A DNA stretch of 64,000 nt from Ruminococcus sp. (GTDB lineage: Bacteria > Bacillota > Clostridia > Lachnospirales > Lachnospiraceae). The position numbers were made by a program, and so were the translations under genes. Within the stretch, counting starts at the first letter, position 1, and the number at the start of each line of letters is the position of its first letter. This document shows, piece after piece, positions 1 through 9,007 of the stretch. The stretch covers positions 1,584-65,583 of the forward strand of contig JARHYE010000091.1 in assembly GCA_029258605.1 (NCBI GenBank), written 5' to 3'. The notes under the pieces were generated by a model, which saw nothing but the letters and a program-made list of their open reading frames with translations, made no database searches and was not told the origin of the DNA.

Positions 1-339
1 AAAGCAAAAGAAGATTTAAAAATTGTCGAGTACTACAAAAAAGATTATGCAAGTTTAAATACATGGATCACTGCGATTTGGGTCACTGTAGGATTTGCTA
101 CTATTTTAGGGCTTTTATTTTTTTTAATGCCAGATTTTTTTGTGCATGATTTGACATTAAAAAAACTATTTAATAGCTGTGCCATAATTTTAGTTGTTTA
201 TATTTTTGTTCTTGTTACATATTGTGTATACTCGTCTAGTTTTTTTAAAAACAAATATGATGGTGCACATCGCCGTGTAAAGAAATATTATAAAGAATTG
301 TCCCTTTTGAGAAAGATTTATATGAAGGAGAAGAGATAG
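1..339 (+). CDS. hypothetical membrane protein, 5'-truncated by the window edge
   Basis: Frame +1 is open from base 1 to TAG at 337-339. Two hydrophobic spans (WITAIWVTVGFATILGLLFFL; CAIILVVYIFVLVTYCVY) and a basic tail. No family recognised. Confidence 0.45.
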   Translation, partial: KAKEDLKIVEYYKKDYASLNTWITAIWVTVGFATILGLLFFLMPDFFVHDLTLKKLFNSCAIILVVYIFVLVTYCVYSSSFFKNKYDGAHRRVKKYYKELSLLRKIYMKEKR

Positions 340-342
340 AAT

Positions 343-1395
343 ATGAGTACGATACTTGTTTGGAAAGAACAACTTCAAAATATCTATGCAAAACATTCCA
401 AGATCATTATGTGGGCAATGCAATTTATAGTGGGATTGTTTGTGTTTGGGTTTATCAATACTAACGTTGGATTTATAAAACAGTATGCTACAATGCCATA
501 TACGATTGCACTTGCAGCAGTATGCACATTTTTACCATTAACGATTATGGTTCTATGTGCATCCATTCTCATTTTGATTCATTTATACGCATTATCTCTT
601 CCTTTGATGGCGGTTACGTTTGCAATTTTTATGCTTATGTACATTTTTTATTTTCGTTTTACACCGAATATGAGTTGGTTGGTTTTGCTGACTCCAATTG
701 GGTTTGCATTAAAAGTGCCTTTTGTAATACCGGTTGCATTTGGACTTATGGGACTCCCGATAGGAGTGATACCAGTTGTTTTTGGAACCATTATTTTTTA
801 TATGCTTAATTTTATAAAAATGAATGCATCCACTTACAAAGGGGGAGAGGGACATGAAATTATCGAAAGCATCATGATTTATCTGCATCAAATAATGACA
901 AATAAAGAGATGTGGGTAATGGTCACAGCTATGGGAATCAGCTTAGTAGTTGTTTATGCGATTCACAGAAGCTCGGTTGCTCATTCTTGGAAGTTGGCCT
1001 CTGCTTTTGGAGCAGCCACAGCCGTCATTATAGGTACGGCAGGAAATATTGGATTGAATACAAAAATTCCTTATATATCAATGGTGTTAGGTGGGATTGC
1101 GGCAATTTTAGTAGGCCTGTTATTGGAAATCATTTTCTTTGCAGTTGATTATGCACAAACGGAAACTCTCCAATTTGAAGATGATGAATATTACTACTAT
1201 GTGAAAGCAATTCCTAAATTAGGGGTTGCTGTTCCTAAAGTAAGTGTGAAACACATTAATGAACGTAAAGAAGTTGAAGAAGATGAGGAAGATATAGTTG
1301 ATTCTTTAGAAGAAAAGAATCTTGAGGAAAAGGCTACCATGGTGATAGAAGCGGACGAGGTTAGTAAACTATTAGAAGACAATATAGAAGAATAG
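343..1395 (+). CDS. polytopic membrane protein with acidic C-terminal tail, family unknown
   Basis: 350-aa ORF starting 4 nt after the upstream stop. At least 7 hydrophobic segments, then the tail FEDDEYYYYVKAIP...EEDEEDIVDSLEE. No catalytic motif recognised. Confidence 0.6.
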   Translation: MSTILVWKEQLQNIYAKHSKIIMWAMQFIVGLFVFGFINTNVGFIKQYATMPYTIALAAVCTFLPLTIMVLCASILILIHLYALSLPLMAVTFAIFMLMYIFYFRFTPNMSWLVLLTPIGFALKVPFVIPVAFGLMGLPIGVIPVVFGTIIFYMLNFIKMNASTYKGGEGHEIIESIMIYLHQIMTNKEMWVMVTAMGISLVVVYAIHRSSVAHSWKLASAFGAATAVIIGTAGNIGLNTKIPYISMVLGGIAAILVGLLLEIIFFAVDYAQTETLQFEDDEYYYYVKAIPKLGVAVPKVSVKHINERKEVEEDEEDIVDSLEEKNLEEKATMVIEADEVSKLLEDNIEE

Positions 1396-1428
1396 AGCAC
1401 AGAAAAGACAGAGACTGGAGGTGGCAGA

Positions 1429-2301
1429 ATGAAACAATGGATGCAAATGTTTTTTGAAGATTATATTACAGACAAATATATTCCGACCATACATTTTACA
1501 GATATTATTGAAATTCTAATTGTTGCAATAATTGTATATGAAATTATGCTTTGGATCAAAAATACGAAAGCCTGGATGCTATTAAAAGGTTTGATTGTAT
1601 TGGGAGTATTTATCCTTGTTGCATCGATTTTTCGAATGCATACAATTTTGTTTATTGCAAGTAAATCAATCAATGTTCTTGCAATTGCCACTATTGTTGT
1701 GTTTCAGCCTGAACTTCGGCGTGCGCTTGAAAAATTAGGTGAAAAAAATATACTAAGTAACATTAATCCTTTTGATCGAAATAAGGAGAATCAAAGATTT
1801 TCTGATGAGACAATTGATAGCATTGTGAAGGCGTGTTTTGATATGGGTAGAGTCTGTACAGGTGCACTGATTGTTGTTGAGCAGGCTATTCACCTTACAG
1901 AGTATGAAATGACAGGAATTTCTCTGGACTGTAAAGTTTCATCTCAAGTGCTTCTTAACATCTTTGAACACAATACACCGCTTCACGATGGAGCGGTCAT
2001 TGTCCGTGGAGACAGGATTACATCTGCAACTTGTTATCTTCCATTATCAGATAATATGCAGATTAGCAAAGAACTAGGTACAAGACATCGTGCAGCGTTA
2101 GGGATGAGCGAGGTGTGTGATGCACTTGTGATTGCGGTTTCAGAAGAAACTGGGCAGGTTTCTATTGCAAAAGGGGGAGCACTTACGCGAGGAATTACTC
2201 CAGAGAAGTTACGAGAAGAGTTGACTTATATTCAGCAAAAAAAGACAGATAAAAAAAGATTTGCATTTCGGAAAGGAAGGGGTCAGAATGAAGAAGTATA
2301 G
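1429..2301 (+). CDS. cdaA: diadenylate cyclase CdaA (c-di-AMP synthase)
   Basis: Three N-terminal TM helices followed by a DAC domain with HDGAVIV and TRHRAALGMSE motifs. RBS GGAGGTGG lies upstream of the ATG. Confidence 0.92.
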   Translation: MKQWMQMFFEDYITDKYIPTIHFTDIIEILIVAIIVYEIMLWIKNTKAWMLLKGLIVLGVFILVASIFRMHTILFIASKSINVLAIATIVVFQPELRRALEKLGEKNILSNINPFDRNKENQRFSDETIDSIVKACFDMGRVCTGALIVVEQAIHLTEYEMTGISLDCKVSSQVLLNIFEHNTPLHDGAVIVRGDRITSATCYLPLSDNMQISKELGTRHRAALGMSEVCDALVIAVSEETGQVSIAKGGALTRGITPEKLREELTYIQQKKTDKKRFAFRKGRGQNEEV

Positions 2302-3565
2302 TTTGACTGCGAATTTGGGCTTGAAAATTTCCGCACTTATTATTGCATTCTTTTTATGGGTTGTCGTTGTAAATATTGATGAACCAGTAGAGGTTGCGAC
2401 TTTTCGGGGAATACCAGTTTCGGTGCAAAATCCAGAAATCGTAACGCAACAAGGAAAGATATATAAAGTTGTAGATGACACGCAGACAGTTACTGTAATT
2501 GTGAAGGCAAAGAGAAAAGATCTTTCTAAGATTACAGCAGACAAAATTAGTGCAATAGCAGATATGCAAGAGATGCAGTTAAATTCGCTTGTACCAATTA
2601 AGATTTCTATACCAGGATACGAAGGGCATTATACGGCAGAAGCACTTCCAGGTAATCTACATGTGAAGATTGAAGAACGTAAAAAGAAAGTATTTCCATT
2701 AACAGTGATGACAATTGGCACCCCAAGGGATGGTTATGTCATTGATCAAGATAGTTTAGTTGCTAATCCAGAAAAAGTGGAAGCAAAAGGAGCAGAATCA
2801 TTGATTGAAAATATTGATATGGTTGTGGCAAAAGTAGATGTTTCAGGTATGTCGAAAAGTGATGAGATTCCGGCAGAATTGGTATACTATGATAGTCATG
2901 GAAATCCTATCGATCGAAGTCAACTTGCAGATAATGTTGGGGAAGATGGAATTACGGTTAATGTAAGTATTTTAAATACAAAAAGTGTAGGCGTTCGATT
3001 CGAATTAGACAGCCAGCCAGAGGAAGGATATGCGGTAAGTAAAATCACGTATGAACCTGAAAAAATCCAGGTTTGTGGAACAAAGGAAGTATTGGACAGC
3101 ATTTCAGAGATTGTGATACCTGGATCGGAACTTGATATTACAGGGTTAACAGAAAAAACGGAAAAGGCAATTAATATTTCATCTTTTCTCCCAGAAGGGG
3201 TTCGCCTTATGGATAAAACAATAAGTAGTGCAGTTGTTACTATCTTTATAGAACAGGAAGGATTGAGAACGATTGAATATCAGCCAGAGTCTATACAGAT
3301 TAAAAATCTACAAGATGGACTGACTGCAACGTTTGAATCCGCATCGGATATTGGTCTGCAGTTTAGAGGGATGCAAGAACATTTGGATGCGATTAACATT
3401 GTGAATGCTGTTTCTATTGATCTGAAAAACTGTACGAAACCAGGAACCTATGAAGTCGCAGTTAATGTAGATCTCGGAAAGGCATCTGGTGTTACATTAG
3501 TTGAGCAACCAAAAGTGAAAGTTGTGATAGCAGAGAAAAAAGAAATACCTGCAGAACCTTCATAG
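2288..3565 (+). CDS. cdaR: CdaR (YbbR-domain regulator of CdaA)
   Basis: Overlaps the cdaA 3' end. Start chosen at ATG 2288 (MKKYSL), preceded by GGAAGGGG. One N-terminal TM, then a long beta-rich extracytoplasmic region with repeated YbbR-like segments. Canonical position after cdaA. Confidence 0.8.
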   Translation: MKKYSLTANLGLKISALIIAFFLWVVVVNIDEPVEVATFRGIPVSVQNPEIVTQQGKIYKVVDDTQTVTVIVKAKRKDLSKITADKISAIADMQEMQLNSLVPIKISIPGYEGHYTAEALPGNLHVKIEERKKKVFPLTVMTIGTPRDGYVIDQDSLVANPEKVEAKGAESLIENIDMVVAKVDVSGMSKSDEIPAELVYYDSHGNPIDRSQLADNVGEDGITVNVSILNTKSVGVRFELDSQPEEGYAVSKITYEPEKIQVCGTKEVLDSISEIVIPGSELDITGLTEKTEKAINISSFLPEGVRLMDKTISSAVVTIFIEQEGLRTIEYQPESIQIKNLQDGLTATFESASDIGLQFRGMQEHLDAINIVNAVSIDLKNCTKPGTYEVAVNVDLGKASGVTLVEQPKVKVVIAEKKEIPAEPS

Positions 3566-3595
3566 AAAAAATAATGTTAGAAAAGAGGCACGAAT

Positions 3596-3871
3596 ATGGT
3601 TAGCAAAGAAGTGGTCATAAAAAATCCAACAGGACTTCATTTAAGACCAGCAGGGTTGTTTTGTAAGACGGCTATGCAATATGCATGTAAAATAACAGTT
3701 GAAAAGACAAATAAGAATGATACCATTATAGCAAATGCAAAAAGTGTATTGAGCGTACTAGGATCTTGTATAAAAAGTGGAGACGTTATCCACATTGTGT
3801 GTGAAGGCGAAGATGAAGAAATTGCGTTAAAAGAAATGGTACGCATTGTAGAAGATGGCTTGGGCGAATAA
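3596..3871 (+). CDS. ptsH: HPr-family phosphocarrier protein
   Basis: 91 aa. GLHLRPA places His at residue 15. NAKSVLSVL matches the regulatory-Ser region, shifted by a 4-residue insertion. Confidence 0.8.
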   Translation: MVSKEVVIKNPTGLHLRPAGLFCKTAMQYACKITVEKTNKNDTIIANAKSVLSVLGSCIKSGDVIHIVCEGEDEEIALKEMVRIVEDGLGE

Positions 3872-3902
3872 TATAGATTAGAAATTTGAAAGGAGACAGA
3901 AG

Positions 3903-4811
3903 ATGAGTAAGGCAACACTTGTGATCATGGCAGCAGGCATCGGAAGCAGATTTGGTGGAGGAATCAAGCAACTGGAGCCAGTTGGGCCAAATGGTGAGAT
4001 TATCATGGATTATTCTATCTATGATGCAATGGAAGCAGGATTTGATAAGGTTGTTTTTGTAATTAGAAAAAGTCTTGAAAAGGACTTTAAAGAGATTATT
4101 GGAAATCGAATTTCAAAGATGATAGAAGTTGCATATGCATACCAAGAGGTGGAAGATCTTCCAAGTCAGTATAAAGATAAATTTTGTGATCGATCAAAAC
4201 CATGGGGAACAGGACAAGCGATTTTAAGTTGCAAAGATGTGATTGACGCTCCATTTCTTGTGATTAACGCAGATGACTATTATGGAAAAGAAGCTTATAG
4301 AGAAAGTTTTAAATACCTTACGGATACTGAACATTCCAATTGCAATGAAATTTGTATGGTAAGTTTTATTCTTAAAAATACACTCAGTGACAATGGTGCT
4401 GTTACAAGAGGTATCTGTAAAGTAAATGATCAGGGAATGCTTTCTGACATTGTTGAAACAAAGAATATTGAAAAAGAAAAGAATCATGCTGTGATAAAGA
4501 ACGAAGATGGGACAGTGGAAACGTTAGATTTAGATTCTATCGTGTCAATGAATATGTGGGGACTTTATCCCCAGTTCATAAATGTGCTAGAGAAAGGATT
4601 TGATGAATTCTTAGCGAAACTTGGAACAGAGGACAAAAAATCAGAGTATCTTCTACCAACAATCATAGGAGATTTGTTAAGCAGAGATGAAATTTCTGTC
4701 AAAGTCTTAACATCTGTTGATAAATGGTTTGGGGTAACCTATAAAGAGGATAAAGAAACAGTTGTCCGTGCGATCAGAGAATTGATTGATGCAGGGATGT
4801 ATCGTTCATAA
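3903..4811 (+). CDS. sugar-phosphate nucleotidyltransferase family protein (substrate unknown)
   Basis: N-terminal LVIMAAGIGSRFGGGIKQ (the G-x-G-x-R signature of NTP_transferase folds) and INADDYYG. Specific sugar not assignable by eye. Confidence 0.7.
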   Translation: MSKATLVIMAAGIGSRFGGGIKQLEPVGPNGEIIMDYSIYDAMEAGFDKVVFVIRKSLEKDFKEIIGNRISKMIEVAYAYQEVEDLPSQYKDKFCDRSKPWGTGQAILSCKDVIDAPFLVINADDYYGKEAYRESFKYLTDTEHSNCNEICMVSFILKNTLSDNGAVTRGICKVNDQGMLSDIVETKNIEKEKNHAVIKNEDGTVETLDLDSIVSMNMWGLYPQFINVLEKGFDEFLAKLGTEDKKSEYLLPTIIGDLLSRDEISVKVLTSVDKWFGVTYKEDKETVVRAIRELIDAGMYRS

Positions 4812-4843
4812 AAAAGATATAAGCGAAAGAAAAGAGGTCTCAG

Positions 4844-6184
4844 ATGAAAACATTGATAAAGAAAGCGGGAATAATAATTGCTACACTAGTGTTGGCATTG
4901 CAAATGTATGGAGTATCAGCTTACGCTGCAGAAGGAGATATTTCTTTTACAGATCCAGAAGCGGAAGTTGGAGAGAAGGTAGATGTTACAGTCCGTGTTT
5001 TTTCAGCAACAACACAGTTAGGGAATATTAAGCTGAACATGGAATATAATCCACAAGTCTTAAAATTTGAGCAAGGCACAAATGCGGTAGATAATGATGG
5101 TAAAATTGATTTAACAGCAGATTTAGGAGAAGGTGCAAGTGATGTTACATTTGTACTTACATTTACAACATTAAAAGAAGGAACAACAAAACTTACTGTT
5201 TCTGACTATACTGCAACGAATGTAGAAGGGACAAATGTAGAGCTTACACCTTGGGATTCTACAATCACTGTTGGAAAGGGTGGTCCAGTCGAAGAAAAAC
5301 AAAAAGAAGAAGAAAAAGGTCAAGATAATATTGAGGTAACTGTAGATGGTGAAAGTTATATAGTTAACAGTACTTTTTCAGAAAAGGAAATTCCAACAGG
5401 GTTTGAAGAGGCAGATGGTCAGATCGAAGGAAAAACAGTAAAAGCATTGTATAACAAAGAAAGCGGAGTATACTTGTATTCTTTAAAAAGCAAAAGTGGA
5501 GACACTAACTTTTTCCTTTCCAATGACTTGGAATCAACATTAAAAAAGACAGTTGTTGTAGATGTTTCCATGGATAAATATATTATGATACTTGAACCAG
5601 ATACAAAAGCGTCACTTCCTAAAAAATATCAAAGTACAACGATGACTTTAAATGGTATTGAATTTTCAATTTGGAATAATGTAGAAGATCAGGATTACTA
5701 TTTGATTTATGCATTAAACGCAGAAGGGAAACCAGGTTATTATCAATATGATGCAATTGAAGGCACATATCAGCGTTGTAATGATGATTTAAGTGTTAAA
5801 ACAGAAAAGAAAAGCAATGGAATTTTAAATAAAGCTGCGCAGTATACTTCAAATCACATTTTGCAAGTAATTTGCATTGTTGCTGCACTGTTTCTGATTT
5901 GTATTATCACGATTATTCTCTTAGCTGTTAAACTTTCAAAAAGAAAACCGGCAGAAGACCTTTATTACGAAGACGAAGATTTTGAAGAGACTAGAAGTCG
6001 TCATAACGACTATGTGGAAGAAGCTGATTATGAGGATGAATATGAGGATTCATTATACGACGAAGAAGAGTCATCTGACTATGAGATGGAGTTTGATGAC
6101 TACTATGACGAAGAAGAATTTGAAGACGATTCAGTAGAAAATGATGATGAAGATGAATTCATGATTGATTTTATTGAACTATAG
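4844..6184 (+). CDS. secreted/membrane-anchored protein with a cohesin-like N-terminal domain and a Tyr/Asp/Glu-rich cytoplasmic tail
   Basis: Signal peptide (LALQMYGVSAYA). Cohesin-like beta-domain (VDVTVRVFS...LNMEYNPQVLKF...TFVLTFTTLKEGTTKL). Central domain ending GYYQYDAIEGTYQR. One TM (ILQVICIVAALFLICIITIILLAV). About 85-aa acidic tail with many Tyr. Confidence 0.6.
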   Translation: MKTLIKKAGIIIATLVLALQMYGVSAYAAEGDISFTDPEAEVGEKVDVTVRVFSATTQLGNIKLNMEYNPQVLKFEQGTNAVDNDGKIDLTADLGEGASDVTFVLTFTTLKEGTTKLTVSDYTATNVEGTNVELTPWDSTITVGKGGPVEEKQKEEEKGQDNIEVTVDGESYIVNSTFSEKEIPTGFEEADGQIEGKTVKALYNKESGVYLYSLKSKSGDTNFFLSNDLESTLKKTVVVDVSMDKYIMILEPDTKASLPKKYQSTTMTLNGIEFSIWNNVEDQDYYLIYALNAEGKPGYYQYDAIEGTYQRCNDDLSVKTEKKSNGILNKAAQYTSNHILQVICIVAALFLICIITIILLAVKLSKRKPAEDLYYEDEDFEETRSRHNDYVEEADYEDEYEDSLYDEEESSDYEMEFDDYYDEEEFEDDSVENDDEDEFMIDFIEL

Positions 6185-6198
6185 TGCATCAAAAAATG

Positions 6199-6232
6199 AA
6201 AGGGTATTGCCAGGGGGTAATATCCTTTTGTT
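6199..6232 (+). terminator. putative intrinsic terminator ending the cdaA-to-cohesin-like transcription unit
   Basis: AAGGGTATT (6200-6208) pairs with AATATCCTT (6219-6227) with one G-U, followed by TTGTT. The T-tract is weak. Confidence 0.45.
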
Positions 6233-6329
6233 ACAGATAGGATTCAAAGATTATTTACCAGATTTACACATTTCTTTCACAAAAACGCACTATTATTTCT
6301 GTATAAATAAAACAAGGGAAGGTAATTCT

Positions 6330-7625
6330 ATGGAAAATCAATATAATTATTACGATTCTAATGAGTCTCAATCAAATGGTTCAGATTACAGTTACTATGA
6401 TCATGATCCAAAACCTAAAAAACATAAAAAAGTTCCTAAAATTCTTATTATCATAGGAATGGCAGTTGTGTTTGGAATTGTTTCAAGTGCTACGTTTCTT
6501 TTATCTAATACACTCGGTGGTAAATTGTTAGGGATCAATGGTAGCTCTACGCTAAAGACGACAGACAAAGCTGAAAATACTTCTTTGTCGAAGTCAGTAA
6601 AGGCGGTCACTTCAGATGTATCAGGAATTGTAGAGAATGTAATGCCATCGGTTGTATCTATCACAAATTTAAGTGTGCAACAGGTAAAAGATTTCTTTTT
6701 TGGAACTTATGAGCAAGAAGCAGAGAGTGCAGGGACTGGAATTATTGTGGCACAAAATGATAATGAGCTTCTGATTGTTACCAATAATCATGTTGTTACG
6801 GGAAGCGAAAAATTAACAGTTACTTTTGCAGATAATAAAAGTGTGTCGGCTAATATCAAAGGTACAGATGTACCACATGACATTGCAGTGATTGCTGTTC
6901 CTTTAAATGAACTAGAACAAGATACAAAAGATGCAATAGCAGTTGCTACATTAGGAGATTCATCAAAATTAAAAATAGGGGAACCAGCCATAGCAATCGG
7001 AAATGCTTTTGGGCATGGACAGTCTGTAACAACAGGAGTGATTAGTGCGAAAGAGCGTGAAATTAGTACACAGGATCCGGCAACAGGACAGACCGTTAAA
7101 AGTAGTGTAAAACTATTACAGACAAGTGCAGCAATTAACCATGGAAATAGTGGAGGTCCACTTGTAAATGCGGCAGGTCAAGTGATTGGAATTAATTCTT
7201 CTAAATTGGAAGGATCATCGGTAGAAGGTGTGGGATATGCGATTCCAATTAGTGATGTGTCAGAATTGATCAAAGACCTTATGAATCAGGAAACAAAAAC
7301 TAAATTATCAGAAGAAGAACGAGGATATATTGGAATATCTGGTGTGAATGTAACAGATGAATACGCAGAACTTTTTAATATGCCATATGGAGTATTTATC
7401 AAAGAAATACAGGATAAAAGTGGAGCAAAGGAAGCTGGTATGAAAGAAGGAGAAGTGATTGTTAAATTAAATGCTTCTACAATTGATAGTATGGCTACCT
7501 TACAAGAAGAATTAAAATACCACGCGGTAGGTGAGAAAGTAAAAATTACAGTTAAAACACCAGAAAGTGCAGGGAAATACAAAGAAAAAACCTATGAAGT
7601 GACATTAGGAAAAAAATCAGAATAA
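6330..7625 (+). CDS. htrA: HtrA/DegP-family serine protease with a C-terminal PDZ domain
   Basis: Start moved to ATG 6330 (MENQYNYY), which has a GGAAGG RBS. TM anchor, then TNNHVV (His), HDIAVI (Asp), GNSGGPL (Ser), and a PDZ-like C-terminus. Confidence 0.9.
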   Translation: MENQYNYYDSNESQSNGSDYSYYDHDPKPKKHKKVPKILIIIGMAVVFGIVSSATFLLSNTLGGKLLGINGSSTLKTTDKAENTSLSKSVKAVTSDVSGIVENVMPSVVSITNLSVQQVKDFFFGTYEQEAESAGTGIIVAQNDNELLIVTNNHVVTGSEKLTVTFADNKSVSANIKGTDVPHDIAVIAVPLNELEQDTKDAIAVATLGDSSKLKIGEPAIAIGNAFGHGQSVTTGVISAKEREISTQDPATGQTVKSSVKLLQTSAAINHGNSGGPLVNAAGQVIGINSSKLEGSSVEGVGYAIPISDVSELIKDLMNQETKTKLSEEERGYIGISGVNVTDEYAELFNMPYGVFIKEIQDKSGAKEAGMKEGEVIVKLNASTIDSMATLQEELKYHAVGEKVKITVKTPESAGKYKEKTYEVTLGKKSE

Positions 7626-7638
7626 AGGCAAAGGAAGA

Positions 7639-7678
7639 AGCGGTAATGGAAGTGAACTCTGTTACCGCTTTACTTTTA
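7639..7678 (+). terminator. putative intrinsic terminator after htrA
   Basis: AGCGGTAA (7639-7646) pairs with TTACCGCT (7662-7669), followed by a T-rich tract. The loop is rather long (15 nt). Confidence 0.5.
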
Positions 7679-7752
7679 CTTCGAAATTTTATATAATCAA
7701 TAAGCAGTATCTATGCTGTTTTTATTGAGAAATGAATGAATCAGGAGAAATT

Positions 7753-8904
7753 ATGCAGAAAAAGAAGGAAAAAAAGTCTCGAACAAAATATTTCGACTAT
7801 GAATTATTATTGATTATTATTTTTCTTAGCTGTTTCGGGCTTGTGATGCTTTACAGTACAAGTTCATACAGTGGATATATGAAATATGATGACGATATGC
7901 ATTATTTCACAAAACAGATGATATTTACAGTTTTATCCTTGCTAGCGATGTGGGGAGTATCTTGTATTGACTATCATATATATGGTGCTTTTGCAAACGA
8001 GATATTTTGGGCGTCTATGTTTTTGATGCTTTTGGTACAGACACCCCTTGGACATGAAAGTATGGGGGCAAGAAGATGGATTCAGCTTCCTGGTAACATG
8101 ACACTTCAGCCGTCTGAAATTACAAAAATTGCTGTTATTATTATGATTTCATGTGAATTGTGTAGAATAGGGAAAAAGATAAATACAAGAGATGGAGTTC
8201 TAAAAATATTGCTGTATGGAGGAATTGCTGCGGTTGGGGTACGTGTTTTCACGGAAAATTTAAGTACTGCAATTATTGTTTTCTTGATATCTTGTGTACT
8301 GCTGTTCGTTGCACATCCTAAAATGAAACCGTTTATAAAGATCTTCATTATTTGTATTGCTATAGGGATCGTAGGAATGGCAATTTTGTCATATACAGTA
8401 AAAAGTAGTGATAATTTTCGATTAAATCGTGTTCTCACGTGGCTTGATCCTGAAAATAAAAATGCGGTCGGCGGATTTCAGGTTCTTCAAGGGTTGTATG
8501 CGATAGGATCTGGTGGATTTTGGGGGAAAGGACTTGGAAATAGTTCTCAAAAATTAGGGGTCATTCCAGAGGTTCAAAATGATATGATCTTGTCAGTGAT
8601 CTGCGAAGAATTGGGTGTTTTTGGCGTCATTGTTATTTTATTTTTATTTGGAGCTTTGATTTATAGAATTATGTTTATAGCGCAAAATGCACCAGATATG
8701 TTTGGATCTTTGTTGGCAGTTGGTGTGATGACCCATATTTCTATTCAGGTTATATTAAACATAGCGGTTGTAACGAATATGATTCCAACAACTGGAATCA
8801 CACTTCCGTTCTTTAGTTATGGAGGAACTTCTATCATTTTTTTGATGGCAGAGATGGGAATTGTTTTAGGGGTTTCAACAAAAATAAAAATTGAAGATAA
8901 ATGA
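7753..8904 (+). CDS. SEDS-family peptidoglycan glycosyltransferase (FtsW/RodA/SpoVE family)
   Basis: 10-TM protein with QPSEITK, LQGLYAIGSGGFWGKGLG, PEVQNDMI and TGITLPFFSYGGTS motifs. Start at ATG 7753 is preferred (AGGAG 5 nt upstream); ATG 7732 is possible. Confidence 0.88.
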   Translation: MQKKKEKKSRTKYFDYELLLIIIFLSCFGLVMLYSTSSYSGYMKYDDDMHYFTKQMIFTVLSLLAMWGVSCIDYHIYGAFANEIFWASMFLMLLVQTPLGHESMGARRWIQLPGNMTLQPSEITKIAVIIMISCELCRIGKKINTRDGVLKILLYGGIAAVGVRVFTENLSTAIIVFLISCVLLFVAHPKMKPFIKIFIICIAIGIVGMAILSYTVKSSDNFRLNRVLTWLDPENKNAVGGFQVLQGLYAIGSGGFWGKGLGNSSQKLGVIPEVQNDMILSVICEELGVFGVIVILFLFGALIYRIMFIAQNAPDMFGSLLAVGVMTHISIQVILNIAVVTNMIPTTGITLPFFSYGGTSIIFLMAEMGIVLGVSTKIKIEDK

Positions 8905-9007
8905 TAAAAACTCTTTTCATAAAAAATAAAGTATGATATATTATAATGTAGTATTTAATACTAGATATAATAGAAGCGGATACAAATCGGCCATGGGAGG
9001 AAATGGT

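Noticed and set aside
5940-6184. DNA-level tandem repeats underlying the acidic Tyr-rich tail
   Set aside because: The region is compositionally biased (GAA, GAT and TAT codons), but I could not find exact repeating units. It is low-complexity coding sequence rather than a repeat array.
6165-6329. N-terminal 55-codon extension of the htrA ORF (start at 6165)
   Set aside because: The extension would overlap the end of the upstream gene and read through its terminator hairpin. ATG 6330 has a GGAAGG RBS and gives a typical HtrA N-terminus (short cytoplasmic tail plus TM).
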